Positions 1-8,841 of a DNA stretch of 32,000 nucleotides are shown piece by piece. The notes under the pieces were generated by a model. It did no database searches, was not told the origin of the DNA, and worked only from the letters and a program-made list of their open reading frames with translations. Within the stretch, counting starts at the first letter, position 1, and each line of letters starts with the position of its first letter. The stretch covers positions 1,020,001-1,052,000 of the forward strand of contig NC_007493.2 of assembly GCF_000012905.2 (NCBI RefSeq), in the 5' to 3' direction. A program made the position numbers and the translations under genes. The stretch comes from Cereibacter sphaeroides 2.4.1. Lineage in GTDB: Bacteria > Pseudomonadota > Alphaproteobacteria > Rhodobacterales > Rhodobacteraceae.

Positions 1-347
1 TGGCGGGGCTCGGCCTGTTCGGCGGCGAGCGGCCCCGCGCCGTCTGGGCGGGCCTCCGGCCCTCGGACCCGCTCGCGCGCCTTCAGTCCAGGATCGAGCG
101 CGCGGCGCGGGTTGCGGGGATCGAGCCCGAGCGCCGGCGCTTCGTGCCCCATGTCACCCTCGGCCGCTTCGCGCCGCCGCCCCCCGAGGAGCGCTTCCGC
201 CTCGAACGGGCGGTGGCGGAGGGTGCCTCCTTCCGCGGCGGCGGCTTCGAGGTCACGCGCTTCGTCCTCTACCGCTCGCATCTGGGGCCGAAGGGGGCGC
301 GCTACGAGGAGCTCGCCTCCTATCCGCTGCGCGGGGGCGCTCCTTAG
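1..347 (+). CDS. thpR: RNA 2',3'-cyclic phosphodiesterase / 2'-5' RNA ligase family (2H phosphoesterase), C-terminal part; the 5' end lies outside the window (reading frame 3)
   Basis: Own translation from base 3 gives AGLGLFGGERPRAVWAGL...RRFVPHVTLGRF...VTRFVLYRS. It contains the second HxTL motif of 2H phosphoesterases (PHVTLGRF). The stop is at 345-347. Confidence 0.7.
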   Translation, partial: AGLGLFGGERPRAVWAGLRPSDPLARLQSRIERAARVAGIEPERRRFVPHVTLGRFAPPPPEERFRLERAVAEGASFRGGGFEVTRFVLYRSHLGPKGARYEELASYPLRGGAP

Positions 348-357
348 GACGGGGCCC

Positions 358-915
358 TTAGTAGTAGTTGCCCATGAAGGGGTTGTGATCGAGGAAGATG
401 TGGGTCGAGGTGATGGCGCCGTAGAGCGCGAGGCCGATGCCCACCAGCACCGCATCGCGGCGGAGCGGACCGGGCGGCGGGCGCACCCATTCCCCCTCCT
501 GCGCATTGATGAGCAGGATCGACCCCGCCGCCCAGAGCCACATGCTGCCGAAGAGCAGGATGGCCGCCAGATCGCCGTTCACGAGGAGATGTGCCGTGGC
601 CCAGATCATCGTGGCGAGGAACTGCGGATGCCGGATGCGCGTCCAGATCACGCCCTTCAGCACGCCTGCGCCGAGGAGCACGATCGCCACGAGCATGAGC
701 AGGTTGTTGAGATAGCCCGTGTCGGGGAGGGGCACATAGACCGGGACGTAGTCGGCGGTCCGGTAGCCGTAGATCATCAGCACGAGGCCCGCGGTGATGA
801 TGAGGGTGACGAGGCCCTTTCCCGGATCGCCCATCCGGGCGCGGAGGTCGGGGAAGACCCGCTTGAACAGATGGCCTGCGACCCAGAGGAAGATCCCGAG
901 CGTCAGGAGGATCAT
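358..915 (-). CDS. nnrU: NnrU family membrane protein
   Basis: ORF 358..1005. It is multi-pass hydrophobic from MILLTLGIFLWVAGHLFKR onward and resembles the NnrU/DUF2418-type family. I chose the ATG at 915 because the upstream 30 codons are non-hydrophobic and poorly protein-like. Confidence 0.7.
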   Translation of the reverse strand: MILLTLGIFLWVAGHLFKRVFPDLRARMGDPGKGLVTLIITAGLVLMIYGYRTADYVPVYVPLPDTGYLNNLLMLVAIVLLGAGVLKGVIWTRIRHPQFLATMIWATAHLLVNGDLAAILLFGSMWLWAAGSILLINAQEGEWVRPPPGPLRRDAVLVGIGLALYGAITSTHIFLDHNPFMGNYY

Positions 916-1212
916 GGCACGATAACTCCGGCAGACTGACAAGATGCGGGAGGATGCATCCGGACCTGTAAAAGTTCCCTTTTCCGCCGACTGTCGTTGG
1001 GTCAACCAGGGGAAGCGCGCCCTGCGGTTGCAGGCGGCACCGGCGCGCGTCCGCCGGGCGTGTCGGCCGGGGGGCTGCCGACGGAGCGCCCGGAGAGGGG
1101 GCGGGATGGGGGAGGGGGGCGCTGGCTGCGTCCGGCGCGTGGGGGCGCTGCCCCCACACCCCCGGGATATTTGAGCCAGAATGAAAGGGAGGGGATGGGG
1201 GTGTCGCCCGGG

Positions 1213-2436
1213 TCAGGCGGGGCGGGTGAGCCGGTCGAGCGCTGCGAGAATGGGGGTGGGATCCGTGGCGCGCGGCTGGGCGTGGGCGGCGGCTATGAGC
1301 GCCTGTTGGCGCTCGGGCGTGAGCCGGGCCAGCGCCGCGCCCAGATCTTCGGCCGAGCTCACGGGCAGGGCGGCGCCGGCCGCGTCGAGCGCTGCGAAGA
1401 CCTCGGCGAAATTGTGGATCGAGGGACCGTGGACCAGCGCCGATCCCGCCTCCATCGGCTCGAACGGCGTATGGCCGCCGCGCGGCGCGAGTGTGCCGCC
1501 GATGAAGGTCGCGCCGCAGAGCCCGTACCAGAGCCCCATCTCGCCCAGCGTGTCCGCGACATAGATCGGCGCGTCGGGCGTGTCTCCGCGCGAGCGGAGG
1601 CGGGCGTCGATCCCTTCAGTCCGGGCCAGGGCCAGAATCTCGGGGCCGCGCTGCGGATGACGGGGCGCGATCACCAGAAGGTCGAAGAGGTCGCGGGCGC
1701 TGCGGAAGGCCTGCAGCACCGCGGCCTCCTCGCCCTCGTGGGTCGAGGCCGCGAGCAGGCAGCGTGCCCGCGGCGGCGCGGGAAAGGGGGGCGTCGCGGG
1801 CAGGGCGGGGCGCACGCCCGCCTTCAGGAGGAGCCGCGGGCCGAGACGCTCCGGCGAAAGGCCCGCCGCGACGAAGCGCCGCTCGGAGGCCGCGTCCTGC
1901 GCCGAGAGCCAGCCGATCGCGCCGAGCATCTGCCGCAGGAGCCCGGGCGCAACCCTTCCCCAGCGCCGCGCCGAGCTTTCCGACAGGCGCGCGCCGATGG
2001 CGAGCACCGGGATGCCGCGGGCGGCGCATCCGGCGAGCCGCTCGGGCCAGAGCTCGTTCTCGAGGAGAAGGAGGGCCCGCGGCCGCCAGTGGGTGAGGAA
2101 GCGGTGGACAGCGCCCGGGCTGTCCCAGGGCGCGAGGCGGGCGTCGGTGCGGGGCAGGCCCCAGCTTCGGACCATCGTCCGCGCCGTGGGATTGTTGCAG
2201 GTGACGATCAGGCTTGCGGACGGATCGCGCGCCAGCAGTTCCTCGAGCAGCCAGCGCGCGGAGGTGATCTCGCCGTTGCTCGCGCCATGCAGCCAGATCG
2301 GGCGGCCTGCACCCGGATCCAGAGCCAGCCGCTCCCTCAGCTCGTGCGCGACGCCCCGGCCGCGCAGGCGGCGGAGGAGGACGCCCAGAACGAGGCCGGG
2401 CAGCAGGAGGCGGAGAAGGAGGCGGTAGAGCGTCAC
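1213..2436 (-). CDS. waaA: 3-deoxy-D-manno-octulosonic acid (Kdo) transferase
   Basis: 407-aa ORF with an N-terminal anchor. It shows WLHGASNGEI, a central glycosyltransferase fold and a C-terminal GGHTPFEPMEAGSALVHGP, all typical of WaaA/KdtA. The start codon is GTG. Confidence 0.88.
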   Translation of the reverse strand: MTLYRLLLRLLLPGLVLGVLLRRLRGRGVAHELRERLALDPGAGRPIWLHGASNGEITSARWLLEELLARDPSASLIVTCNNPTARTMVRSWGLPRTDARLAPWDSPGAVHRFLTHWRPRALLLLENELWPERLAGCAARGIPVLAIGARLSESSARRWGRVAPGLLRQMLGAIGWLSAQDAASERRFVAAGLSPERLGPRLLLKAGVRPALPATPPFPAPPRARCLLAASTHEGEEAAVLQAFRSARDLFDLLVIAPRHPQRGPEILALARTEGIDARLRSRGDTPDAPIYVADTLGEMGLWYGLCGATFIGGTLAPRGGHTPFEPMEAGSALVHGPSIHNFAEVFAALDAAGAALPVSSAEDLGAALARLTPERQQALIAAAHAQPRATDPTPILAALDRLTRPA

Positions 2437-2522
2437 GCGGGTCCATCCCTTGGGTCGCGCGACTTGTCGCCGGGAACCGCGCTCCGCGCAAGCCTGGTCG
2501 CCGCCGAACTGGCAGATTAGAA

Positions 2523-2536
2523 TTGATCTAAGTCAA
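2523..2536. promoter_or_regulatory. Candidate FNR/FnrL-type box TTGAT-CTAA-GTCAA in the waaA/ccpA divergent region
   Basis: The sequence TTGATctaaGTCAA matches the FNR consensus TTGAT-N4-ATCAA at 9 of 10 positions. Its centre is about 71 nt upstream of the ccpA ATG, in a locally lower-GC stretch. Confidence 0.5.
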
Positions 2537-2600
2537 AGGTATCGGGTTGGAATCGTTCTAGCCTCCGGTCAATGCGTATCGATTGCACAGGAGACCGACC

Positions 2601-3644
2601 ATGCGCCTGACCCTCACCGTCCTGATCGCGACGACGGCCCTCGCCGGCGCGGCTCAGGCCGACGCCCTCCGGGACAAGGCTCTGGGATATTTTGCCCCGC
2701 TGCCCTCGACGGTTCCGGCCGTGAAGGACAACCGCATCACCCCGGAGAAGATCGAGCTCGGCAAGGCGCTCTTCTTCGATCCGCGTCTGTCGGCCTCGGG
2801 CGTCTTCTCCTGCTATTCCTGCCACAACCTCACCACGGGCGGCGACGACAACCTCGAGACCTCGATCGGCCACGGCTGGCAGAAGGGGCCGCGGAACGCG
2901 CCCACCGTGCTCAATGCGGTGCTGAACGAGGCGCAGTTCTGGGACGGGCGGGCCGACGACCTGAAGGCGCAGGCCAAGGGGCCGGTGCAGGCGGGCGTCG
3001 AGATGGCGAACACGCCCGGGCAGGTCGAGGTGACGCTGAAATCCCTGCCGCAATATGTCGACTGGTTCGCCGCCGCCTTCCCGGGCGAGCCGGAGCCCAC
3101 CAGCTTCGACAACATGGCCAAGGCCATCGAGGCCTTCGAGGCGACGCTCATCACGCCTGCGCCCTTCGACGCCTTCCTGAACGGCGACGATGCGGCCCTG
3201 ACCGAGGATCAGCGGGCGGGACTCGATCTCTTCATCGACAAGGGCTGCTCGACCTGCCACTCGGGCGTGAACGTGGGCGGGCACGGCTACTATCCGTTCG
3301 GCCTGATCGAGAAGCCCGGCGCGGACATCCTGCCCGAGGGCGACAAGGGCCGTTTCGCGGTGACGGCCACGGTGGACGACGAATATGTCTTCCGGGCGGC
3401 GCCGCTGCGCAACGTGGCGGTCACGGCGCCCTACTTCCACTCGGGCAAGGTGTGGGACCTGAAGACCGCCGTCACGATCATGGCCGAGAGCCAGCTCGGC
3501 GAGACGATGAGCGATCAGGAGGTGGGGCAGGTCGTGGCCTTCCTCGAGAGCCTCACGGGGACCATGCCGCCGGTCACGCTGCCGGTGCTGCCGGCCGAGA
3601 CGGCAGGCACGCCGCGCCCCACGGCCGAGATCCGGGTCGAGTGA
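2601..3644 (+). CDS. ccpA: Di-haem cytochrome c peroxidase
   Basis: Signal peptide MRLTLTVLIATTALAGAAQA and two CxxCH haem motifs (CYSCH, CSTCH). FWDGRA and PLRNVAVTAPYFHSG are also conserved. An AGGAGA RBS lies 6 nt upstream of the ATG at 2601. Confidence 0.9.
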   Translation: MRLTLTVLIATTALAGAAQADALRDKALGYFAPLPSTVPAVKDNRITPEKIELGKALFFDPRLSASGVFSCYSCHNLTTGGDDNLETSIGHGWQKGPRNAPTVLNAVLNEAQFWDGRADDLKAQAKGPVQAGVEMANTPGQVEVTLKSLPQYVDWFAAAFPGEPEPTSFDNMAKAIEAFEATLITPAPFDAFLNGDDAALTEDQRAGLDLFIDKGCSTCHSGVNVGGHGYYPFGLIEKPGADILPEGDKGRFAVTATVDDEYVFRAAPLRNVAVTAPYFHSGKVWDLKTAVTIMAESQLGETMSDQEVGQVVAFLESLTGTMPPVTLPVLPAETAGTPRPTAEIRVE

Positions 3645-3666
3645 CCGGACGTCCCGTCTGAAGGGC

Positions 3667-3699
3667 AAGGGCGGTCCCGCGGGGCCGCCCTTTCTCTCT
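3667..3699 (+). terminator. Rho-independent terminator downstream of ccpA
   Basis: Stem AAGGGCGG (3667-3674) pairs with CCGCCCTT (3685-3692) and is followed by TCTCTCT. Confidence 0.6.
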
Positions 3700-3718
3700 A
3701 CGCGGATCTGGTCTGCCG

Positions 3719-4720
3719 TCAGGGGCGGCGGAGCCGGCTCAGGGCCTTCGAGAGCGCCGCCGTCGCCCGGTAGGTGCGGGTGCTGCCGCAGACGACGTAG
3801 CGCGGATGGACGGTGCCGCCGAAGCCGGTGAAGAACACCCGGTTGCCGCGGGTGTAGAGGCCGTCGAAATCGAAGATCAGCCCCATCCGGTTGGCATGGC
3901 GGATCGCTTCCCAGAGGAGGAGGCTCGTCGCGCCGTGATCCTCGCCCCGCGAGCGGGTGGCGAGCAGATAGTAGCAGGAGGTCGCGTCCCAGATGGTGAA
4001 GATCGCCGCTGCAAGGCCGCCATCCGGTCCCGTGGCCGAGAGGATGCGCCCGCGGCCGCGCTCGAGCGCCGCGGTGCAGACGCGCACGATCTCGTCCGTC
4101 TCGTAGTAGCTCTCGTGGCCGGCCTCATCCACATTGCGCCGGTAGCAGGCGGCGAAGTCGCGCGGGTCGAGCGTGTCGCTCACGCAGTGCTTCTCCTGCG
4201 CGCGGCGGATGATGTTGCGGGTCTTGTCGCGCATCCCGGCCCAGATCGCCTGCTCGCAGCCGGGCGCGATCTCGAAGGTGAAGTTGACCAGCATGTGCAG
4301 CCCGGCCTCGGCATGGACCATCGTGTCGGTCACGCCCCGGTGCATCCGCATGTAGAGATTGCCGGTCGGCGGCAGCTGTTCGTGCAGCTCGCGCACGATC
4401 TGCGCCTCCTTCAGCGCGCGGTTGGCCCGGGCGCCGGGGCCCGGCGCCACCGCCGGCCCGAGGAAATGCGCGAATTTCGGCATCTCGCAGGAGGTCTGGC
4501 CGAAGGGCTTGCGCAGGATCATGTAGGGCAGCCGGCCCACGATGCGGTTGTCGGCCCGCACCAGCGTCTCCGACCAGCCGTCCGGGGCGGAGGCGTCGAG
4601 CCACCAGGCCTCGTGGAAGATGGTGGGTGCGAGCGGGTCGTGAAGGCCGCTCGCGGCGCCCGCAGGAGCGGGGCGCGGAACGGGCTTCGCCCGGGCGTTC
4701 TTGAAAATGCTCAGATCCAT
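3719..4720 (-). CDS. FemAB-like / BioF2-like GNAT family acetyltransferase (function unknown)
   Basis: ORF 3719..4750. The pattern HEAWW...RLPY...FHFLGP plus the C-terminal YYLLATR...LLLWEAIRHA...FDFDG resembles the Acetyltransf_6 (FemAB-like) family. I chose the ATG at 4720 (MDLSIFKN). Confidence 0.6.
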   Translation of the reverse strand: MDLSIFKNARAKPVPRPAPAGAASGLHDPLAPTIFHEAWWLDASAPDGWSETLVRADNRIVGRLPYMILRKPFGQTSCEMPKFAHFLGPAVAPGPGARANRALKEAQIVRELHEQLPPTGNLYMRMHRGVTDTMVHAEAGLHMLVNFTFEIAPGCEQAIWAGMRDKTRNIIRRAQEKHCVSDTLDPRDFAACYRRNVDEAGHESYYETDEIVRVCTAALERGRGRILSATGPDGGLAAAIFTIWDATSCYYLLATRSRGEDHGATSLLLWEAIRHANRMGLIFDFDGLYTRGNRVFFTGFGGTVHPRYVVCGSTRTYRATAALSKALSRLRRP

Positions 4721-4982
4721 AAATCTCGTCCCGTTATAAAATGACGGCAATCTCTAGGGGCGATCTTACACATCTTCCGCGGGAGGCCGGACGGGAAAGC
4801 CGGTCTCCTGATCGTTATTACGTGGAATTGGGAGGGTCTGTGACGGACCGATCACGCCGCCGCTCCCCCGCCCGGAGGTGGGGTGCAGAGGGGTGCTGCG
4901 TCCTAGGGAGTAGGGCATATGGCCGCAGGGAGCAGGGCTCAGCCCTCCTGATGCGCGGGCCGGCGCCCCGGCACGAATCGAT

Positions 4983-5005
4983 CCGGCGGGGGCAGGCCCC
5001 GCCGG
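4983..5005 (-). terminator. Candidate terminator hairpin downstream of the pot binding-protein gene
   Basis: A 9-bp stem CCGGCGGGG/CCCCGCCGG with a 5-nt loop lies 7 nt after the stop. The trailing U-tract on the minus strand is weak (AUCGAUUCGU). Confidence 0.4.
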
Positions 5006-5011
5006 TCAGGG

Positions 5012-6031
5012 TCACTTCTGAAGCTCGGTCCAGATCGCGGTGATATATTCCTGCGCCTTCGGGCTGCAGGCCGGCAGGAAGATGCCCTTGTCGGCGAACT
5101 CGGGCGGGATCACCACCTCGGGGGCGGTCTTCATGTCCTCGGGCAGGAAGTCCGCCGCGCCGGCGACACCCGGCGAGTAGCGCGCGAAGGCCGAGATCAT
5201 GGCGGCATTCTCGGGCTCGAGGATGAAGTTCAGGAACTTGTAGGCCTCTTCCACATTCTTCGCATCCCGCAGCAGGGCCACGGAATCCATGAAGGTGATG
5301 AAGCCCTCCTTGGGGTAGCCATAGGCCACGTCCGGGTTGGCCAGCCGCGCCCGCATCGACGAGCCCGACCAGTTGACCGAGGCCGCCCAGTCGTTGTTCG
5401 ACAGTTTCTCCGTCGCGCCGTAATCCATCGAGATCCAGTCGGGCTTGGCCGCGATCAGCAGGTCGCGCGCCTTCTTCAGCACCTCGAGATCCTCCGAGCA
5501 GGGCTCGCCGCCCGCATACATCGTGGCCAGCGCCACCACGTCGTTCATCTCGGGCACGACATTGACCTTGCCCTTCAGCTCGTCCGGCACCTCCAGCCAG
5601 ACCGCCGAGGTGTTGATGTCGCCCTTGTAGACGGCCGTATTCACCGAGATCGCGGTCGTGCCCCACCGCCACGGCACCGAATACGCGCGGCCGGGATCCC
5701 AGGCCACGTCCGCCCATTCGGGGGCGATGTTGGCGTGGTTCGGGATCTTCGAGAGGTCGAGCTCGGTCAGAAGGCCCTTGTCGCGGAAGATGCCCACATA
5801 GTTGGCCGAGGGCACCACGAGGTCGAAGCCGTGGCCCCCCGCCTCGATCTTGGCCAGCGCCGTGTCGTTGCTGTCGTAATCGGTGACCGTGACCTTGATG
5901 CCGGTCTCCTTCTCGAACTTCGCGAGCAGCTCGGCGCTCGTGTAGTTGCCCCAGTTGTAGAGGTTCAGCTCCGCCGCCCCCGCGAGGCTGGTCGAGGCGA
6001 GCAGCAGGGCTGCGGCTGCGAGATGTCTCAT
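5012..6031 (-). CDS. potD: Polyamine (spermidine/putrescine-type) ABC transporter periplasmic binding protein
   Basis: Signal peptide MRHLAAAALLLASTSLAGAA followed by ELNLYNWGNY...DLVVPS...WRWGTT, the PotD/PotF family signature. Confidence 0.85.
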   Translation of the reverse strand: MRHLAAAALLLASTSLAGAAELNLYNWGNYTSAELLAKFEKETGIKVTVTDYDSNDTALAKIEAGGHGFDLVVPSANYVGIFRDKGLLTELDLSKIPNHANIAPEWADVAWDPGRAYSVPWRWGTTAISVNTAVYKGDINTSAVWLEVPDELKGKVNVVPEMNDVVALATMYAGGEPCSEDLEVLKKARDLLIAAKPDWISMDYGATEKLSNNDWAASVNWSGSSMRARLANPDVAYGYPKEGFITFMDSVALLRDAKNVEEAYKFLNFILEPENAAMISAFARYSPGVAGAADFLPEDMKTAPEVVIPPEFADKGIFLPACSPKAQEYITAIWTELQK

Positions 6032-6058
6032 CGGTCTCTCCTTGTTGGAAGCGCGGGT

Positions 6059-6859
6059 TCACTCCCGCTTTCGGGTCAGTAGGAAGAAGACGGTCAGCAG
6101 CGCCACGGTGAGGCCGAGGAGGGCGGTCGAGATCGCATTGACCTCGGGCGTGATCGCCCGGCGCATCTGGCCCAGCATGTAGGTGGGCAGCGTATCCTGC
6201 CCGGCGGATTTCACGAATTCGGTGATGACCACATCGTCGAGCGAGATGACGAAGGCCAGCATCGCGCCCGCCACGATGCCCGGCGCCATCAGCGGCAGGG
6301 TGACATGGCGGAAGGTCTGCCAAGGATTGGCATAGAGATCCGCCGCCGCCGTCTCGAGGCTGAGGTCCATCCCCTCGAGCCGGGCCCGGATCGGCAGATA
6401 GGCGAAGGGGATGCAGAAGGCGGAATGGGCGAGGATCAGATAGCCGAGCCCCGAATAGCCGGTGGCGACCTTGACGGTCGCGAAGACGATGAGGAGGGCC
6501 ACGGCGGTCACGATCTCGGGCACCATCAGCGGCTGGTTGATCGCCACATAGATGAAGGTCTGGCCGCGGAAGGCGCCCCGCCTCGTGGTGCCGAGGGCCG
6601 CCATGGTGGCCGCCGACGTGGCGATGACCGAGGCGCTCGCGGCGATGACGAGCGAGCGCGCGGTGGCCGCCTGCACCTCCCGGTTGGCCCAGGCGGCCTC
6701 GTACCAGCGGAACGAGAAGCCGCCCCAGATCGAGATGGCATTGGCATCGTTGAAGGAATAGGCCACCAGAGTGAAGATCGGCGCGTAGAGCGCGAGGAAG
6801 GCCAAGCCCGCCACGAAGGTCACGCCGGGCAGGCTCGTCACGTCGAAGCTCTTACCCAT
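6059..6859 (-). CDS. potC: Polyamine ABC transporter permease
   Basis: Six-TM BPD-type permease with the EAA-like loop LETAAADLYANPWQTFRHVTLPL. The ATG at 6859 overlaps the potB stop by 8 nt (ATGGGTAA). Confidence 0.85.
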   Translation of the reverse strand: MGKSFDVTSLPGVTFVAGLAFLALYAPIFTLVAYSFNDANAISIWGGFSFRWYEAAWANREVQAATARSLVIAASASVIATSAATMAALGTTRRGAFRGQTFIYVAINQPLMVPEIVTAVALLIVFATVKVATGYSGLGYLILAHSAFCIPFAYLPIRARLEGMDLSLETAAADLYANPWQTFRHVTLPLMAPGIVAGAMLAFVISLDDVVITEFVKSAGQDTLPTYMLGQMRRAITPEVNAISTALLGLTVALLTVFFLLTRKRE

Positions 6860-7745
6860 GGCCGGTCCCCCGGCCCGCGGCGCGGACATAGACCAGAAGC
6901 GCCACCATCACGATGGCCAGAAGCAGCATCGAGAGCGCGGCGCCGAGCGGCCAGTTGCGGCCCTGTCCGAACTGCAGCTCGATGAAATTGCCGATCATCA
7001 TGTTCTTGCCGCCGCCCAGCACCCGCGGCGTGACATAGGCGCCGAGCGAGGGGACGAAGACGAGGATCGAGCCCGCGACGATCCCGGGCTTCACCAGCGG
7101 CAGGATGATCCGCCGCAGCACCTGCCAGCGGCTCGCATAGAGGTCGTAAGCCGCCTCGAGCAGTCGCATGTCGAACCGGTCGATCGCGGCGAAGAGCGGC
7201 AGCACCATGAGCGGCAGGTAGACATAGGCCATCCCGATCAGCACCGCCGTGTCGGTATAGAGGATCTGGATCGGCCGCTCGATCAGGCCCGCACGGATCA
7301 TCAGCGTGTTCAGGATGCCCTCGTTGCGGATCACCTCGTTGATGGCGAAGGTGCGGATCAGCAGGTTGGTCCAGAACGGGATGGTGATGAGGAAGAGCCA
7401 GAGCGCCCGCCGGTTCGGCGGCCGGGTCGCGATGAACCAGGCGGTGGGAAAGCCCACGGCGAAGGTGATGGCCGTCGTCATCAGGGACAGTTTCACCGAG
7501 CGCCAGAAGATCGCGAGGTGGGCGTCGGCGAGCGTCACTTCGTCCGAGAAGATGTCGCGGGTGAAGAGCACCTCGAACCAGGCCTCGGTCGAGAAGGTCC
7601 AGATCACGCCGCCATACTGGCCCTTCACGAGAAAGCTGTAGACCAGCACCACCAGCAGCGGCCCCGACGCGGCAAGGAGGAGGATCACGAGGGCCGGGGC
7701 CGACAGAAGCCAGCCCGTCCGCGCGCGCTTGGTCTTTGCCCCCAT
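6852..7745 (-). CDS. potB: Polyamine ABC transporter permease
   Basis: BPD-type permease with LLEAAYDLYASRWQVLRRIILPL. The ATG at 7745 lies 1 nt after the potA stop. Confidence 0.85.
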   Translation of the reverse strand: MGAKTKRARTGWLLSAPALVILLLAASGPLLVVLVYSFLVKGQYGGVIWTFSTEAWFEVLFTRDIFSDEVTLADAHLAIFWRSVKLSLMTTAITFAVGFPTAWFIATRPPNRRALWLFLITIPFWTNLLIRTFAINEVIRNEGILNTLMIRAGLIERPIQILYTDTAVLIGMAYVYLPLMVLPLFAAIDRFDMRLLEAAYDLYASRWQVLRRIILPLVKPGIVAGSILVFVPSLGAYVTPRVLGGGKNMMIGNFIELQFGQGRNWPLGAALSMLLLAIVMVALLVYVRAAGRGTGHG

Positions 7746-7746
7746 G

Positions 7747-8811
7747 TCAGTCCCCCAGCAGCTGCACGGCGCCCGGTGCAAAGCGCAGGCCCGCGGGCTG
7801 GCCGGGGGCGAGCCCCGGATCGCCCGAGGCGCTGCTCTGCAGGCGCGCCACCACCTCGGTCCCGTCGGCGAGGGCCAAGTGGCAGTGGGTGTCGGTTCCG
7901 AAATAGACCAGATCGCGGATCGTGGCGGGCAGGGCGCCCGGCTCGTCGGGGGCCACGAGGCGCACCTGCTCGGGGCGCACGGCGACCGTCACCCGCCCCT
8001 CGGGCCCGCCTTCGACCGCGAGCTCTCCGCCCGCATCGAGCGTGACCCGCCCGCCCGCATGGCGCGCCGGCAGGAAATTCGTCTCGCCGATGAAGCTCGC
8101 CACGAAGCGGTTGGCCGGGCGCGTGTAGATCTCGCGCGGCGGGCCGATCTGCAGGATCCGGCCCGCGCTCATCACCCCGATCCGGTCCGACATGGTCAGC
8201 GCCTCCTCCTGATCGTGGGTCACGAAGACGAAGGTGATGCCCGTCTCGTGCTGGAGCCGCTTCAGCTCGATCTGCATCTCCTTGCGAAGCTTCAGATCGA
8301 GCGCCGAGAGCGGCTCGTCGAGCAGGAGCACCCGCGGCTGCGGCGCGAGCGCCCGGGCCAGCGCCACCCGCTGCTGCTGCCCGCCCGACAGCTGCGCCAC
8401 CTTGCGCTGCGCCAGCGCCTTGAGCCGGACGAGCGCCAGCATCCGCGCCGTCACCGTCTCGATCTCGGCGCGCGGCTTGCCCTGCATCCGGAGGCCGAAG
8501 CCCACGTTCTCGGCCACCGTCAGATGCGGAAACAGCGCGTAGCTCTGGAAGACCGTGTTGATCGGCCGGCGGTTCGGCGGCAGGGCGGTGATGTCGCGCC
8601 CGTCGAGCAGGATCGCGCCGGAGGTCGGCGCCTCGAACCCCGCGATCAGCCGCAGAAGCGTGGTCTTGCCGCAGCCCGAGGGGCCGAGCAGGGTGAAGAA
8701 CTCGCTCCGCCGGATCCCCACCGAGACATCGTCCAGCGCGCGGACGGCCACCTCTCCCTGTCCGAAGGCCTTGACGACATGGCGGGCTTCGACGGCATCG
8801 GGTTCGCTCAA
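7747..8811 (-). CDS. potA: Polyamine ABC transporter ATP-binding protein
   Basis: Walker [10 protein letters not shown], signature [15 protein letters not shown] and Walker [12 protein letters not shown], plus a C-terminal TOBE-like domain. The start is TTG at 8811 with a GGGAGG RBS upstream. Confidence 0.9.
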   Translation of the reverse strand: MSEPDAVEARHVVKAFGQGEVAVRALDDVSVGIRRSEFFTLLGPSGCGKTTLLRLIAGFEAPTSGAILLDGRDITALPPNRRPINTVFQSYALFPHLTVAENVGFGLRMQGKPRAEIETVTARMLALVRLKALAQRKVAQLSGGQQQRVALARALAPQPRVLLLDEPLSALDLKLRKEMQIELKRLQHETGITFVFVTHDQEEALTMSDRIGVMSAGRILQIGPPREIYTRPANRFVASFIGETNFLPARHAGGRVTLDAGGELAVEGGPEGRVTVAVRPEQVRLVAPDEPGALPATIRDLVYFGTDTHCHLALADGTEVVARLQSSASGDPGLAPGQPAGLRFAPGAVQLLGD

Positions 8812-8841
8812 GGACGGCCTCCCATCGGGTGTGGCTTGAGG

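Noticed and set aside
916-1100. NnrR/FNR-type box upstream of nnrU.
   Set aside because: There is no TTG-N8-CAA palindrome of acceptable quality. The closest, TTGGGTCAACCAGG, lacks the second half-site.
1139-1158. Hairpin GTGGGGGCGCTGCCCCCAC as a waaA terminator.
   Set aside because: It lies about 55 nt past the stop but has no U-tract on the minus strand. It may be structural, but I cannot support calling it a terminator.
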